Translations under genes and position numbers: made by a program
Shown here: positions 13,150 to 27,200 of the stretch, in pieces
Layout: every line of letters starts with the position of its first letter
How positions within the stretch are numbered: the first letter of the stretch is position 1
Notes under the pieces: generated by a model
What the model was told of the DNA's origin: nothing
Seen by the model: the letters and a program-made list of their open reading frames with translations, nothing else
The model's database searches: none
Source: Laetmonice hystrix
Taxonomy: Eukaryota
NCBI GenBank assembly: GCA_965235115.1
Contig: OZ249436.1
Location: 38,504,001-38,568,000 of the forward strand
Length of the DNA: 64,000 nucleotides
Direction: 5' to 3'

Positions 13150-14060
13150 TCTTGGGCCTAAATTAGCTAGACAACATAACACGGTGTGGGAGTACAAGGG
13201 TATAAGAATAATCTTGCTATAGGGGAAATATCCACGACTACGGAAGAAATTATTAAGCTAGCTAAAGATATTAATATCTATAAATCGTCCTCAATCGATA
13301 CCGATCGATAATCGATAATTAAAAAGGCATTTCTTGCCGTACCTGAAAAAGTATGCTTCCTTTTCAATTTAATGAGCACTGGAATTTATTCACAGAAGTG
13401 GAAATGTGCTACTGTTGCCCCCACCCCCCAAAAAAACGTGTCAGTCCTCCCAATTCCGGGAAAGTTATTGGCGAAAGTGGTACATAAGAGACTGACTAGG
13501 TTCCTTGAGGACAACAAATTGCTGGACGATCGACGAGGGGGCTTTCGTTCTGGTCACTCGACCACTAACTCAGCATTATATATGACTTTTGAATGCAATG
13601 AATGAGAGGGAAGTCACATTTGCGGTATTTATAGACCTGACTAAGGCTTTCGATACCGTTAACCATTCTATACTATTGAAAAAAAACTCGAGTATACCTA
13701 GGTATTAACGGTCTGATGCTCTCCTGGTTAACCAACGACCTTTCTGGCCGATTCCCACGTACTGCCTGCAATAACTCCTTATCAACTCCCCTAGAAGTAT
13801 TTGGGTTTCACGTGGGACACACATCTTACATCCAATAAGCATTAGAGACAATTGTTACAGGTTAGCCGCTCGTAAGATATAATCTGTTGTCCAAAATAAG
13901 AAGATACATTAATTATTTTCAAGCAAGCCTAGTGATGTATAAAACGATGGCCCTTCCCTACTTGGACTACGGTGATCTATTTTATGATGGTGCTAGTCAG
14001 AAGGCTCTCAAAAAACTTTGCAAAATTGCATTAAAAAAGGAGGCTACATATCATCTACAG
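13150..14060 (+). pseudogene. Decayed LINE (CR1/L2-type) reverse transcriptase fragment
   Basis: Frameshifted motifs: WKCATVAP, VSVLPIPGKLLAKVV, GGFRSGHSTT, AVFIDLTKAFDTVNHSILL, YKTMALPYLDYGD. Confidence 0.85.
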
Positions 14061-15914
14061 AGTTGAAATAACAGTGTTTCTTTTAATCACAATGAAAACA
14101 ATAACTGATAGCCTGCTTACACACTGGTGTCACGTGTGTGTATGTATGTAGGTTTTTTTCTGGTTTGTATGCAGATGTGGACGCCAAGTATGGAAACTTT
14201 GAATTGCGGGTGATTGTATGGCATGCGACCTATTAATTCGAAGGTGTATTACATAATAGTAAAATAATGAATTCTTATTTTTCTAAGCTAATTTGCATCT
14301 ATTGCCCTTAACAAACTGGGAAGCATTTGTACCCTTCTTCCCTGTATTCCCCTGTATTATCCTACAATGTCAACAAGCCATGTGTTTGTGAATATTTACC
14401 GGTGATGTGTTTAATATCACCTTAGTAAATTAATAATATCTGTAGATCATCGACCATTGTGTAAGCTGGCAGATGATGTAAACCAGCGGTAACGCCGACG
14501 TCGAGCCGGCATGAATAAAGAAAATTTTTAAAAACCAAAAAAACGTAATTTCTTGAAGACTAAAATATCATGCGTGACCAACTAATAATTGCATAGTTAT
14601 TACATTATACATGAAGAATATGAGAAAGGTAACCTGGAAAGTGTCCATCAGATCAAGTGGTGCATGAGAATCTAGTTCTGAGTAAAAGAACGGAGACGTT
14701 TCCGCTCGAGTTATTTAGTACACAACGAAAGTAGGGTTGCCTATAGCTGGGTTCCCACTGTCGTACGATCCGTTACGAACGCCGCGATTGGCCATTCGTA
14801 GCTGATCCTGGAATTTTGAAATTACTTCTCTGAAATGTCACGTTTGGATACGAGGTGATTGTCCCGATTGAGTCCCGATCTGACACGATCATCACGATCG
14901 GGGTCCCCGATTTGGGACGATCTGGTACGTGCAGAAACGTTCTGATACGTTCGGATACGATAATCACGATCCAATACGATCTGATGCGATGATCACCATT
15001 GCCAATTAATCGTGTTGATCGTAGAAAAATTTTGAACCGTCCAAAGCTTTTCTATGATCAACAAGATTACCACGACTGACTTCAAGATCTGACAAAGCCC
15101 CAGTCCCACCAAAGCAAAATTAGCTACGACATGTCACGATCTGATAAATCGTGTAGAATCGGGAAAGGTCCTAACTCGGTCGTAGAGTAATCTTGATAGA
15201 TCCAATCTCCCGAAATGCAGAGGGGCTCGCTCCACTACCCCTCTGCCACACGTACCTGATTTTTACGGGCAAAAATCCGTAGGCCCCTACGCGTTTAACC
15301 CCGTTTTTGCAAAGTTGGCCGTCCTGTATGGTATCTGTAAAATTTACCGTATACCTCTGAATCCCAAAACCGAGATTATACCAAGTAACATTCATCGTAC
15401 GAGAAAAATACCTGATAAAATATTCGGAACTACATTTGCGGAAGGAAATCAGCTGTAGTCGCAAGTAGGTTGGTCTATTTCGGGATAATTCGGGTGTTCC
15501 CGACTAGGTGTAGACTACTTCCGTTCAACAGAGCGGCTGCAGATGATTTCTCCGAAGATTTAGATGTTTGTGCGGCATCATATTCTGATAGTCTGCGCCG
15601 TAAAAGTAAACAACAAGAGTGCCTCAGCAAAATCGAGCAGCCACGATTCGAGCTCGGCTGTCCCGGTCGGGGATTTCTAGGTCAGGTCAGGGGTCACTCA
15701 AACGGCAGTACCCAGCCTGTGGCAGAGATTGAATGAAGTGAACGACTTCTGTCTGGAGAGTGTGACAGATCCTCATAGGTCGCGACAATTTTGAAATGTT
15801 CAAAACAATCGGCATTGGTTGGGAAAAAACTCAAATCGGGGCTATATCGTAGGTCAAACGTTGCTCAGTCGGGAATAGTCGTGGAACAATCGGAATTTTT
15901 TTTGGGTTATTAAT

Positions 15915-16101
15915 TCATGGTAACTTCCCCACGAAAAGTATAGGTAGGGTCTAGGGTTAAGGTCAGGGATAGTGATGGGGATATGTTTTTGGGAGGTGTA
16001 GGGACCGAGGTTAGGGGTTAGGGATAAGGTCAGGGTTAGGAATAGTGCTAGATATTTAGATACTTCTGTCCAAAGTTCGTGGGGTTTAAGTTACCATGAA
16101 T
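15915..16101. mobile_element. MITE with internal degenerate (GGGTTA)-like repeats
   Basis: TIR ATTCATGGTAACTT..CCCCACGAA / TTCGTGGGG..AAGTTACCATGAAT. Confidence 0.7.
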
Positions 16102-16423
16102 AATATCCTTTTTTTGTTTCCCCTTTTCCTCAGCTTCTCCACTGTATAATTTATTGCCTTTTTTAACAAGAAACCATTTAATGACGGACTTTTTTTCCTC
16201 CTTTGCAAACCGATCTATCAAGTGTGACAGTCTGAAGACAGACAGAGGCATTATGGGACGCGGAGTGTCTGCCTGACATCCTCAGGCCGGACGTATACAC
16301 TACATGGGACGACACACAACGCCCTACCCACCGATCCGATCGGGTGTCCTGGCATAGTGCAGAATGCTACCCTTGCCTACAGTCATCACTGTTCTTCGTC
16401 GCCTAGTGAACAATCTTTGAAAC

Positions 16424-16497
16424 ATGCTGCATATCGGGGACTTTATTTGTCTGTATTGTGAAAATACGACTGGCTACGTCTACAGTGACAACAGCAG
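16424..16497 (+). CDS. ITPR: ITPR-like exon 1
   Basis: MLHIGDFICLYCENTTGYVYSDNS; in-frame TGA just upstream; donor GTAGGT. Confidence 0.85.
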
Positions 16498-18158
16498 GTA
16501 GGTGTTTTATATAAAATACCAGAAAACCGGGTATTGACAAAGTTATAGATTTATACTCATAGTATGGCATCCATGTATGCACAGTTGTAGTATCTACCTT
16601 CATCGGGTCATACGAATTCAAAGGACAATACGAAGACAAAATTTGGATTCAGTCCTTTCTCGAAAGGCTGACCGAGAGAGCCAGGATAAAAAGAAATCAA
16701 ATAGAAAAAGGAGAGAGAAGATTATTTTCCAGACACCAACACATACAACCAACTTGAATTGTGAACCGAATCCTGGTATGAAGTGCTCCGGGCTGACCTT
16801 TTGGAGAATTCATGACCGTAAAAAAAGAGAAAACAACCAGGGTATACATGTGTGCGTGGGGGTCAAGATTTTTTCCCGGAAGGGGGGGGGGGGCACAGCC
16901 TGAAGGTGGAGCCGATTACATTGGCGTTTCACGTTAAATTTAATACACATTTCATTTTATTTTTTCTCATATCTTCCAGGAGGGGGTGAGGGTATGTGTG
17001 AAAGAGAGCGTTAAAAAGTATCGTCAGAATGTGTTGTGTAAAGTTATAAAACCTGCTAAGAGGATATTAAAGGCGTTGTGAAAACACGCAGTATGGCTAT
17101 TGTGGCGAACACACAAAGGCACGACACAGTTGCCTATACTGAATTCCTGACAGCTAGGGTAGAAGAACGAATCTCTCGATGTGGTCTCGGTGAGGTTTCA
17201 GTGTGCAGGGCCGGATCCAGGATTCTTAGAAAGGGGGGGGGGGGGCGTAGCCCCTGGAGAAGATTGCGAGCGATGAAGGGGTAAAGCTCCCCCAGAAAAA
17301 AATTGAAAATTCATGTTTGTCAGATGCATTTTCCCGGCATCTGAGAAAAGAACTGTTCCTTTTTTTCAGGGGGCAAAGTACTGGTAAAATTCCAGTCTCA
17401 AAAAATCATTACTCTGCCAAAAATAGGGGGCCCCCCCCTTGGATCCGGCCCTGAGTGTGTGCCGTCCATTGTAAACTATATGATGTATAGTCTATCGTTT
17501 CTCACTTATCTGTGGAGTTCCGTGTGTACGCCCAAATTGCTGTATCGTTCATGAGTGTCCAGAGCAAATAACACCCCAATTTGGACCATATTATTACAAT
17601 TACTGGTTGCCTATTTGTCTGGTGTGCCAAGCACGCACTGAAACCAGTGAAGCTACTATAGTATTACGTAGGTTCAGACTTATATTCTATTCAATGGTAC
17701 TGTCGACTCGATGGGTAAAATATACGGTCACTGTATTCTACAGCATGTAGAGTACACCCTTCCCCTCTCAGAGGCCTGCTTATCCTCTGATTGTGTAATT
17801 CCTTCGCCGGGGCCGGAATCAGGAGTCCGGACTCCAACTGTTTTCTCTCTTGCTTCTCATACATTTAGTTTACTTAACCCCTACAGTGTTAGACCCTTTA
17901 CTTATTTCTTTATTAAAGTTGACCCCTCAATATATCGACTCTCCGGAAGTGAGTATAAGTAAAATCAGATGTATAGTATATTGGTTAGCTCCAGTTTAAT
18001 TCTAGCCTTGTGCTGCAGCTCGACCAACGAGTGGCTCTATGTACACAACGGACAGGACCGGGATAAGCCGGAAAGGATATCAAATGTTGAAGGTAAATAA
18101 GACAAATTGTTGTCATAATTATAGTCCTACATTATAATCTATCGTATGAATTCATTGC

Positions 18159-18216
<58 letters not shown>

Positions 18217-21200
18217 GGAGAGAGCCGTTAGAGGAACTGCATGTACCAACCATTGTCTCTCTATAAATTTTGCAGCCGTTACGTTTCAAATATCGACACA
18301 GAATAGGTATAAGTTGACCAAGAAGTACCGAAAGCTGTTGAACCAGTATGGACCAACCCCAGAGCAAGAGGATATCAAAACACTTCTACAGAATGCAAAG
18401 GTCACCAACTAAACTTTTCAGAACAAAACGTATCGATCCTTGAACCATAAAAGGATAGGCATATCGTTCCCTTTAAGTTTGAGTCGCAACCAGTCGTAAC
18501 TAAATAATGAAACTGAATTAAAAAAAATGCGTTTTCTGAATAGTCTGATGCTTAAAAAGGTATAGAATGTGGGGATGTTTATGGTACATTTTGAGAAAGA
18601 CGTCCTTTACTTATCCACGTTTTTAAACGTTCCATATCGCATCAATAGGCGTCGTCTCTAGCGGAACAACAGGACAACAGAAAAGAACAGAAACGACTTG
18701 AAGGAAAGAATCTCAAGTATGGAGATATAATCCAGGTAAGACATACGTATAGGTGGCCAATCTAACATGACTTTTAAATGTGGGTAATACATCATCTCGA
18801 AACAGTCGCTGAGCCTTCTTCATTGGAGTTGTTTGTTTTCATCTACGCAGTTGCGTCACGTGCTAAACAACCGCTATATCAACGTGAGCGTAACAGACAC
18901 GAGCGCTGTGGACAAAGACAAACTCAAGGTTAGTAGGTCTCTATAATTATGACAGTGAATCTGCCCATGTCAAACCTTTCCAATAGAGACAAACTCAAAG
19001 GTAGTAGGTCCCTCTATCTGTCAGTGAATCTGTCCATGTCAAACCTTTCCAATAGAGACGAACTCAAGGGTAGCAGGTCCCTATAGGCCTATGTCAGTGA
19101 ATCTGTCCATGTCAAACCTTTCCAATAGAGACAAACTCAAGGGTAGCAGGTCCCTATAGGCCTATGTCAGTGAATCTGGCCATGTCAAACCTTTCCAATA
19201 GAGACAAACTCAAAGGTAGTAGGTCCCTCTATCTGTCAGTGAATCTGGCCATGTCAAACCTTTCCAATAGAGACAAACTCAAGGGTAGTAGGTCCCTATA
19301 TCTCAGTGAATCTGCCCATATCAAACCTTTCCAATAGAGACAAACTCAAGGGTAGTAGGTCCCTATATGTCAGTGAATCTGCCCACGCCAAACCTTTCCA
19401 ATAGAGACAAACGTAAGGGTAGTAGGTCCCTATATGTCAGTGAATCTGGCCATTTCAAACCTTTCCAATAGAGACAAACTCAAAGGTAGTAGGTCCCTCT
19501 ATCTGTCAGTGAATCTGGCCATGTCAAACCTTTCCAATAGAGACAAACTCAAGGGTAGTAGGTCCCTATATCTCAGTGAATCTGCCCATATCAAACCTTT
19601 CCAATAGAGACAAACTCAAGGGTAGCAGGTCCCTATATATCAGTGAATCTGCCCACGTCAAACCTTTCCAATAGAGACGAACTCAAGGGTAGTAGGTCCC
19701 TATGACAGTGAATCTGCCCATGTCAAACATTTCCAATAGAGACAAACTCCTTAATGTCCGTGACTCTGTCAAACCGTTTCATTCCCTCTATCTGTCAGTG
19801 AATCTGTCCATGTCAAACCTTTCCAATAGAGACAAACTCAAGGGTAGCAGGTCCCTATAGGCCTATGTCAGTGAATCTGGCCATGTCAAACCTTTCCAAT
19901 AGAGACAAACTCAAGGGTAGTAGGTCCCTCTATCTGTCAGTGAATCTGGCCATGTCAAACCTTTCCAATAGAGACAAACTCTAGGGTAGTAGGTCCCTAT
20001 ATCTCAGTGAATCTGCCCATATCAAACCTTTCCAATAGAGACAAACTCAAGGGTAGTAGGTCCCTATATGTCAGTGAATCTGCCCACGCCAAACCTTTCC
20101 AATAGAGACAAACTTAAGGGTAGTAGGTCCCTATATGTCAGTGAATCTGGCCATTTCAAACCTTTCCAATAGAGACAAACTCAAAGGTAGTAGGTCCCTC
20201 TATCTGTCAGTGAATCTGGCCATGTCAAACCTTTCCAATAGAGACAAACTCAAGGGTAGTAGGTCCCTATATCTCAGTGAATCTGCCCATATCAAACCTT
20301 TCCAATAGAGACAAACTCAAGGGTAGTAGGTCCCTATGACAGTGAATCTGCCCATATCAAACCTTTCTAATAGAGACGAACTCAAGGGTAGTAGGTCCCT
20401 ATGACAGTGAATCTGCCCATGTCAAACATTTCCAATAGAGACAAACTCCTTAATGTCCGTGACTCTGTCAAACCGTTTCATTCAGTAAATGTTTCATTCA
20501 GGTGCATCTCTCGTTTTATGGAACAAAGAATGCGCAGTTTAAAATTCTTCCTTCGTACAAAGTCAAGGTCGAGGGAGAACAGGTGAGAAGGTCCACTTCT
20601 GAATGATAACCTTTAGAAGAAAAAGGTCATTTAAACAAATCTATTAAATATTCCATTTCCCGGTATAGGAGGATAGCAAAAAAAATTAAAATTAAAGAAT
20701 AAAAGAAAAAATAAGCAGACAAGTAACGTTAGGATCTAATTTTAAATTTAGCTTAAAAGTTCTTCTTTTATGAACGTAGTTTCCATATAACAAAATCATT
20801 GTCTGCTGAGCAGATCGAAAACCTTGACCAGGTGGTGTTTGAGAGCATCAAGTCTCCAGGCAGCTACCTGCACACCAGTGACCCATACCAGGTCTCTCCG
20901 GGAATATACGCGTGCGTATCCGTCATCGACAGATTTCATGATACTCATCCTTATTTCCCTGGGATTTCATGAAAATTAAGCCAGGAAATCCCAGGATAGC
21001 AGGTTACGAATGATACCTACCCCACCCATACAAAAATTAAAGTGTTAATTTAGATGTTTCCTTTTCAGGTCGGAAGTTAACCTTGCGACGACACAAGCCC
21101 GATTTACAATTGTCCAGCATCGCACACAGGACCCTAATGACCCATTTATCAACCGCTATCTATGGGTGAGACACGGCTGAATAACTGTCAAAATGTATTC

Positions 21201-24200
21201 ATCCGTTGCGGAAAGAATATGAAAAAATGATTTGTCTTGATGAAACCTGCTATAATTGCAATGCACGTGCAGATCAAATCAACTTTTGTACCTAAGTTAC
21301 ATTGTATGCTGTAAAGTATGTCAATATCTAGTCGTATTTGAAGGCATATTATTGAGGCATGCAGAATAAAGTGCTCTGATTGTAATTGTTCAAGGCGTCG
21401 TCAGTCGTTCAGTTGTTCCACCGTGACCTCGAAGCGTACCTTGTGGCCGAGGGAGTGTTCGGTGACGTTCCCATGGAAGATGGTAGGACTTGCGAGAAAC
21501 TACTTCAAATTATTCACTTCCTTTGGAGCTAATGTGGACTTGAAGGATACTCTGACATGTTATTCCTTGATTTATAGGGGGAGGGGGTAATATTTTCAAG
21601 CCTTTAACGCTCCATTTTAAATGTAAAAGCCGTGATGGATGGGAATTTGGACGGCCTGGAGGCCCAGTAATCTGCTACCAATTTTTGGAGCCAGTTCAAA
21701 TCTTCGCGTTCCCTATAGGGGGCCTACTATACCACCATCCTGTCCTTTCTCTATGTCAAACAAGAAAGCCATGGGTAATTATAGAACTAGTTTGGACGTA
21801 ATTATTTGGAAGGTTGCCTGGCAACACTTAACTTCTCCACTAAAGCATAAAGGACACTGCAGAGATAAACGATTTTCCATGCTACGCCGGTACGGAGGTG
21901 TGCATGGCCCGCCCCAGTCACACTGGAGCTTACGATAGGACAAGATCATCTCCGACCACCTGCAGGTCCTGAGCAATCTTTAAGAAGTTGTGCGACAAGT
22001 CTTCAGTAACCTCTGAAAGTCTTGGAGAATCCTTTTTTCACTCGTACGAGTGATTTTAGTCGTGGCCAGGATGAACATGCACAAAAACCTGGCTACGACT
22101 GATACGTCGTCAACAGTCGTAACTTATCCTAAAGCTGGAATTCCACTGGGAAAATCGGACCGCATCGGTTAAATACAAGTGGTTAAATGCGCACTAAATA
22201 CAAAGTTAAATACAAGTTAAATACAAAATGATAGTTAAATATACGCCAGTGGTTAAATACGCACTAGACGATTCGCCCCGATGTCACTCTGGGCATCGCT
22301 TTCTTGGCCAGATGCCATCCGATGTGTCCGATTTTCCCAGTTTAATTCTAGCTATTAAAGTTTCAGGTTGTTTCACGATGGTCGTACGACACAATCTTAA
22401 ACAATCGTAACCTCTCACGACCACCCGGAAGCCCCAGTCACACAGACAAGGTCATCTCTGACCTGGGATGGGTATCTGATCGCACACAACCATGACGTAT
22501 GGTGTGACCGGAACGAAATTTCTGGGTTGGAATCACAGGCAATTATTGTCACGATTGTGTGCGATCAGAAACCCATGCCAGGTCAGAGATGATCTATTAT
22601 ATAAATACTATCGTAGGCTCAGTGTGACTGGGGCTTTCCATGCTCCAGGACCAAAGCCACATTTACCGGCGTTGACACTTGGCCCGCACGGGTTCTAGAA
22701 CTATATAGGTCTCGGCGGTGGTGCACTATACTGAGCCTGCAGGCAATGTGGGAACGCTCCCTTGAACAGAGACTAACTATTAAAAGCCAGGGCTCAGTTC
22801 CTAAAAACGTAAGACCTGGCTTAAGTTTAAGCTTAACGTCTCGCTTCTGCTAATCACATTTTTTTAGGAACTAGGCCCTATGGTGCAGTCAAAATGAGAA
22901 ACCTCAACGAGTGTCCCACGCCAATAGCTCAGCATCTACCTTGCTAGAATATTATTAAGGTTCCAGTGAGCGGATGACCAGATACAGGTCACAACCATTG
23001 ACCCCACCAACAATCAAAAGGATTATACTTCGGTCCGGCCTGGTTTCGGAATTCCCTATACAGACCCCGCCCAACAACTGTTCGCTCCCCCCCACTGTGT
23101 TCTTGCCCCCCAACTGTTCGCTTGCCCCCCCCCCCCCCACCCATTGGTCACCTGGCCTGTCATTACTTCTTCTTGCCTGTTAAATCCACCAACCAGAGTA
23201 AAACTCTGCAAGCCAACGACACCACTTGGCCTGTCATTACTTCTCCTTGCCTGTTAAATCCACCAACCAGAGTAAAACTCTGCCAGCCAACAACACCACT
23301 TGGCCTGTCATTACTTCTTCTCCTTGCCTCGTAAATCCACCAACCAGAGTAAAACTCTGCCAGCCAGCAACACCACTTGGCCTGTCATTACCTCTCCTTG
23401 CCTGGTAAATCCACCAACCAGAGTAAAACTCTGCCGGCCAGCAACACCACTTGGCCTGTCATTACTTCTCCTTGCCTGGTAAATCCACCAACCAGAGTAA
23501 AACTCTGCCAGCCAGCAACACCACTTGGCCTGTCATTACTTCTCTTTGCCTGTTAAATCCACCAACCAGAGTAAAACTCTGCCAGCCAACAACACCACCT
23601 GGCCTGTCATTACTTCTCTTTGCCTGTTAAATCCACCAACCAGAGTAAAACTCTGCCAGCCAGCAACACCACTTGGCCTGTCATTACTTTTCCTTGCCTG
23701 TTAAATCCACCAACCAGAGTAAAACTCTGCCAGCTAGCAACACCACTTGGCCTGTCATTAATTCTCCTTGCCTGGTAAATCCACCAACGATAGTAAAACT
23801 CTGTCAGCCAACAACACCATTTGGCCTGTCATTACTTCTTCTCCTTGCCTCGTAAATCCACCAACCAGAGTAAAACTCTGCCAGCCAGCAACACCACTTG
23901 GCCTGTCATTACCTCTCCTTGCCTGGTAAATCCACCAACGATAGTAAAACTCTGTCAGCCAACAACACCATTTGGCCTGTCATTAATTCTCCTTGCCTGG
24001 TAAATCCACCAACGATAGTAAAACTCTGTCAGCCAACAACACCATTTGGCCTGTCATTACTTCTTCTCCTTGCCTCGTAAATCCACCAACCAGAGTAAAA
24101 CTCTGCCAGCCAGCAACACCACTTGGCCTGTCATTACCTCTCCTTGCCTGGTAAATCCACCAACGATAGTAAAACTCTGTCAGCCAACAACACCATTTGG

Positions 24201-27200
24201 CCTGTCATTACCTCTCCTTGCCTCGTAAATCCACCAACCAGAGTAAAACTCTCCTCGCCAGCAACACCACTTGGCCTGTCATTACTTCTTCTCTTTGTCT
24301 CACGTTCATCTTTTTTAAAATAAAAATTGATGTGATCTCAATTTCAACATGACAGTAATTACACAGGCTTAAAACTTGATAAAATGTTTGGTGTTATGTC
24401 ACATGTTTACCAATCTCATATTCATCTCTTTTTTCTCAGAGAGAAAGTCGTTTTGGAAATAATTAATCGAGCTGGTGTCGTCACCAGGGCGTTAAGAGTG
24501 TTTTGTGTGACCTCCATTTGATCCACACGAGCGGGATCTGGCCTTTCGTGACATCAATAACAAGCACTCCATGAGCATCATCTTCAAAGATAAATTAAGG
24601 ATGTGGAATGGCCGAGGGTGTGAAATGGGGGTTGACTTTAGAACGCGAGTTATAGCATTTTAATCGGTACATGGCGTATAGGCCTACTCCTGTAAAAAGT
24701 ATGACCGTACGTATACGACTGTTTTTTTGTACCGGAGGTTCTGAAGGTAATTTCGAACGCGATTAGTAACAAGTCTTACTTGCAGCAGGTCTGACCCCAG
24801 CCCCCTCCCTAACACCCCTAACACCCCCCCCCCCCCGCACCCCAACCACTTCAGCCACACCACCGCCATCTTAGACTCTCGCCAATGATTTCCAATTTAC
24901 CCCTTGTCTTCCAGTGCACCTCCGTGTACGGGAGCAGAACCATGCGGACACCCGCACCCTGTACCCGCCACGGTCCGGCATCACCTTCTGGCAGGTGGAG
25001 TCGGAGAGGAGTCTCGTCGACGGTATGTAGGCATGCGATGGTTCATGCGATGTTATGCTGCATCGCAGGAAAAATCGTGCGATAAATCGTCGTACGATGC
25101 ACCCACAGTGCACCCACGACGGGTAATTCCACTGGCTGCGATGCGACGGCGATCATGTACCAAAAGCAGTCGTATGACGCACTACGATGGTTGAATCCAC
25201 TGATGCGAACCATCTATGATGCTCGTACGATGGTCGTACGGTGCTTTTTACGTACAGGAAATTGACAAAAACTATACCCAGCAGCCTTCTAGCGGAAATT
25301 TATTGCAACGGTATGGACACCCACACTGATTTCAGTGAGCACCGTCGCACGACGCTCGTAGGCACGGCGATAATATAAGATTGAATAATGTTGTAGCATT
25401 ATTGCAACATCCTGCGACGTCATAGAACTCTCCTGCGATTTCTTGCCCTTTCTGTGATTTATGACCCATTTCCTTTTGATGTTTCAATATTTCAAAATTT
25501 ACCGAGTTTGAAATTTCTGGTGACCCTAATTGGGTGTTGTTTGTTGTCATTTTTTTTAAAGGCCCTTATCCACAGACCGTTTCGCACGGCCGATTTTGCC
25601 TCGTACGACAATCGTGTGAAAAACTGGGAAAATCGTGCGTCGTGCGTGTTCATGGATATGACCGTCGGCCCGACGCTCAGAATTTCAGCCGACGCTGTAC
25701 CGTCGTGCGAGTGTCGCACGATGGTATTAAAACTTTTTAATATTCCCGCCGGCGATTGAGCCATCGCACGACTAGTGCTTAGTTCCATGGCCGCCATTTA
25801 ACTGGAACAGGCCGTATTTCACGTCCCAATCGACAGATTTTGATGAAATTTGAGGCCATTCCAACGTTTAGCCGGATGCTGAATTCATTTCTTACATTTT
25901 CGAAATTCAAGATGGCTGCCAAATCCAAGATGGCCACCATTTAACTAGAAATAGCTGCATTTCCGCTCCGAGTGACCCGATTTTGATGAAATTTGAGTTG
26001 ATTCCTAGGTTCATACAGAGGGTGAATCAATTTCTGACATTTTCAAAATTCAAGATGGCCACCAAATCTAAGATGGCCGCCATCTAAACCGGAAATGGCA
26101 ATATTTCAGCTGCCGGTGAGGCTAAATTAATGAAATTTGAGCTGATTCCGGCCTCATTAACGATGCTGAATCAATTCCTCACATTTTTCAAACTTAATAT
26201 GACCCCCAGGCCAAGATGAATGCCATTTTAGAAGTAATCATTCGCCGGACCTTTTCATGCATGGAAGTGTGGCCGGTGCTGCCGGTGTCATATGGAAAAT
26301 GGTAACCCTCTGTACCTGGGGTCCAATTTCTATTATAGAATCTGGACCCCCTGGTCTATATTCTATAATAGAAAATGACCACCCATCTTATGGAAATTGT
26401 ACCCCCCACCATCCGTTTTGCTACTAGCTGTTTTACATGAACTATAAAACAATATTTATTGCATGTAATAGGACTTTTGCGAGATCATCATTGAGAAAAC
26501 AGTTACCCAGTAAAGTAAATTTCTTGCTAACAATTATATAGTCGGTGTAATTTTTTTCCTGACAACTTGATCAGCCGGACCTAAATTCTACTTAAAGGTA
26601 ATGTTCTGGGATGGGTCAAGTCATAAATCGTCAAGTTACAATAATAACTTAATAATTATCCAGAATTGCTCGAAAGAAAACATGAGGTTATATATAACAG
26701 ACGGCTTACCAATTCCTTAGCCTTACTCTTATGAAACATGTGGACATCGTCATCACTCATAAAGGTCCTATACATGATGTATTTATTATGATTCGATATT
26801 CCTTATAAGTATATTGTATAAGCTCTATTTCATGTTTTTAGGTTGTACATGCAGTGTGGAATACGCAGTAATCTTAAAGGTCCTATTCGTGAACAAAAAT
26901 TCAATTTTTTTATTTTTAATTTTGTTGACGTTTATGTGATCCCACCTATCATGGAAATAGATTCACAACAAAGGAAATCAAATTTTTTTATGGATAACGG
27001 CACAAATGGGGCTCTCTCAGAAGGCCTGTGGAGACCCTGACACGCCTCACCATAGGAAATGGCTCTATCTCGGTGCGCACCGAGATAGGTTTCAAATGCT
27101 GCACACAAACTAATAGAAGGTTTATCAGGCCAATGGTATCGGTAGGAATTTTTTCTAGTACTATGTGCACAATGTATGATAGGAGAAATGCCATTCTGTG

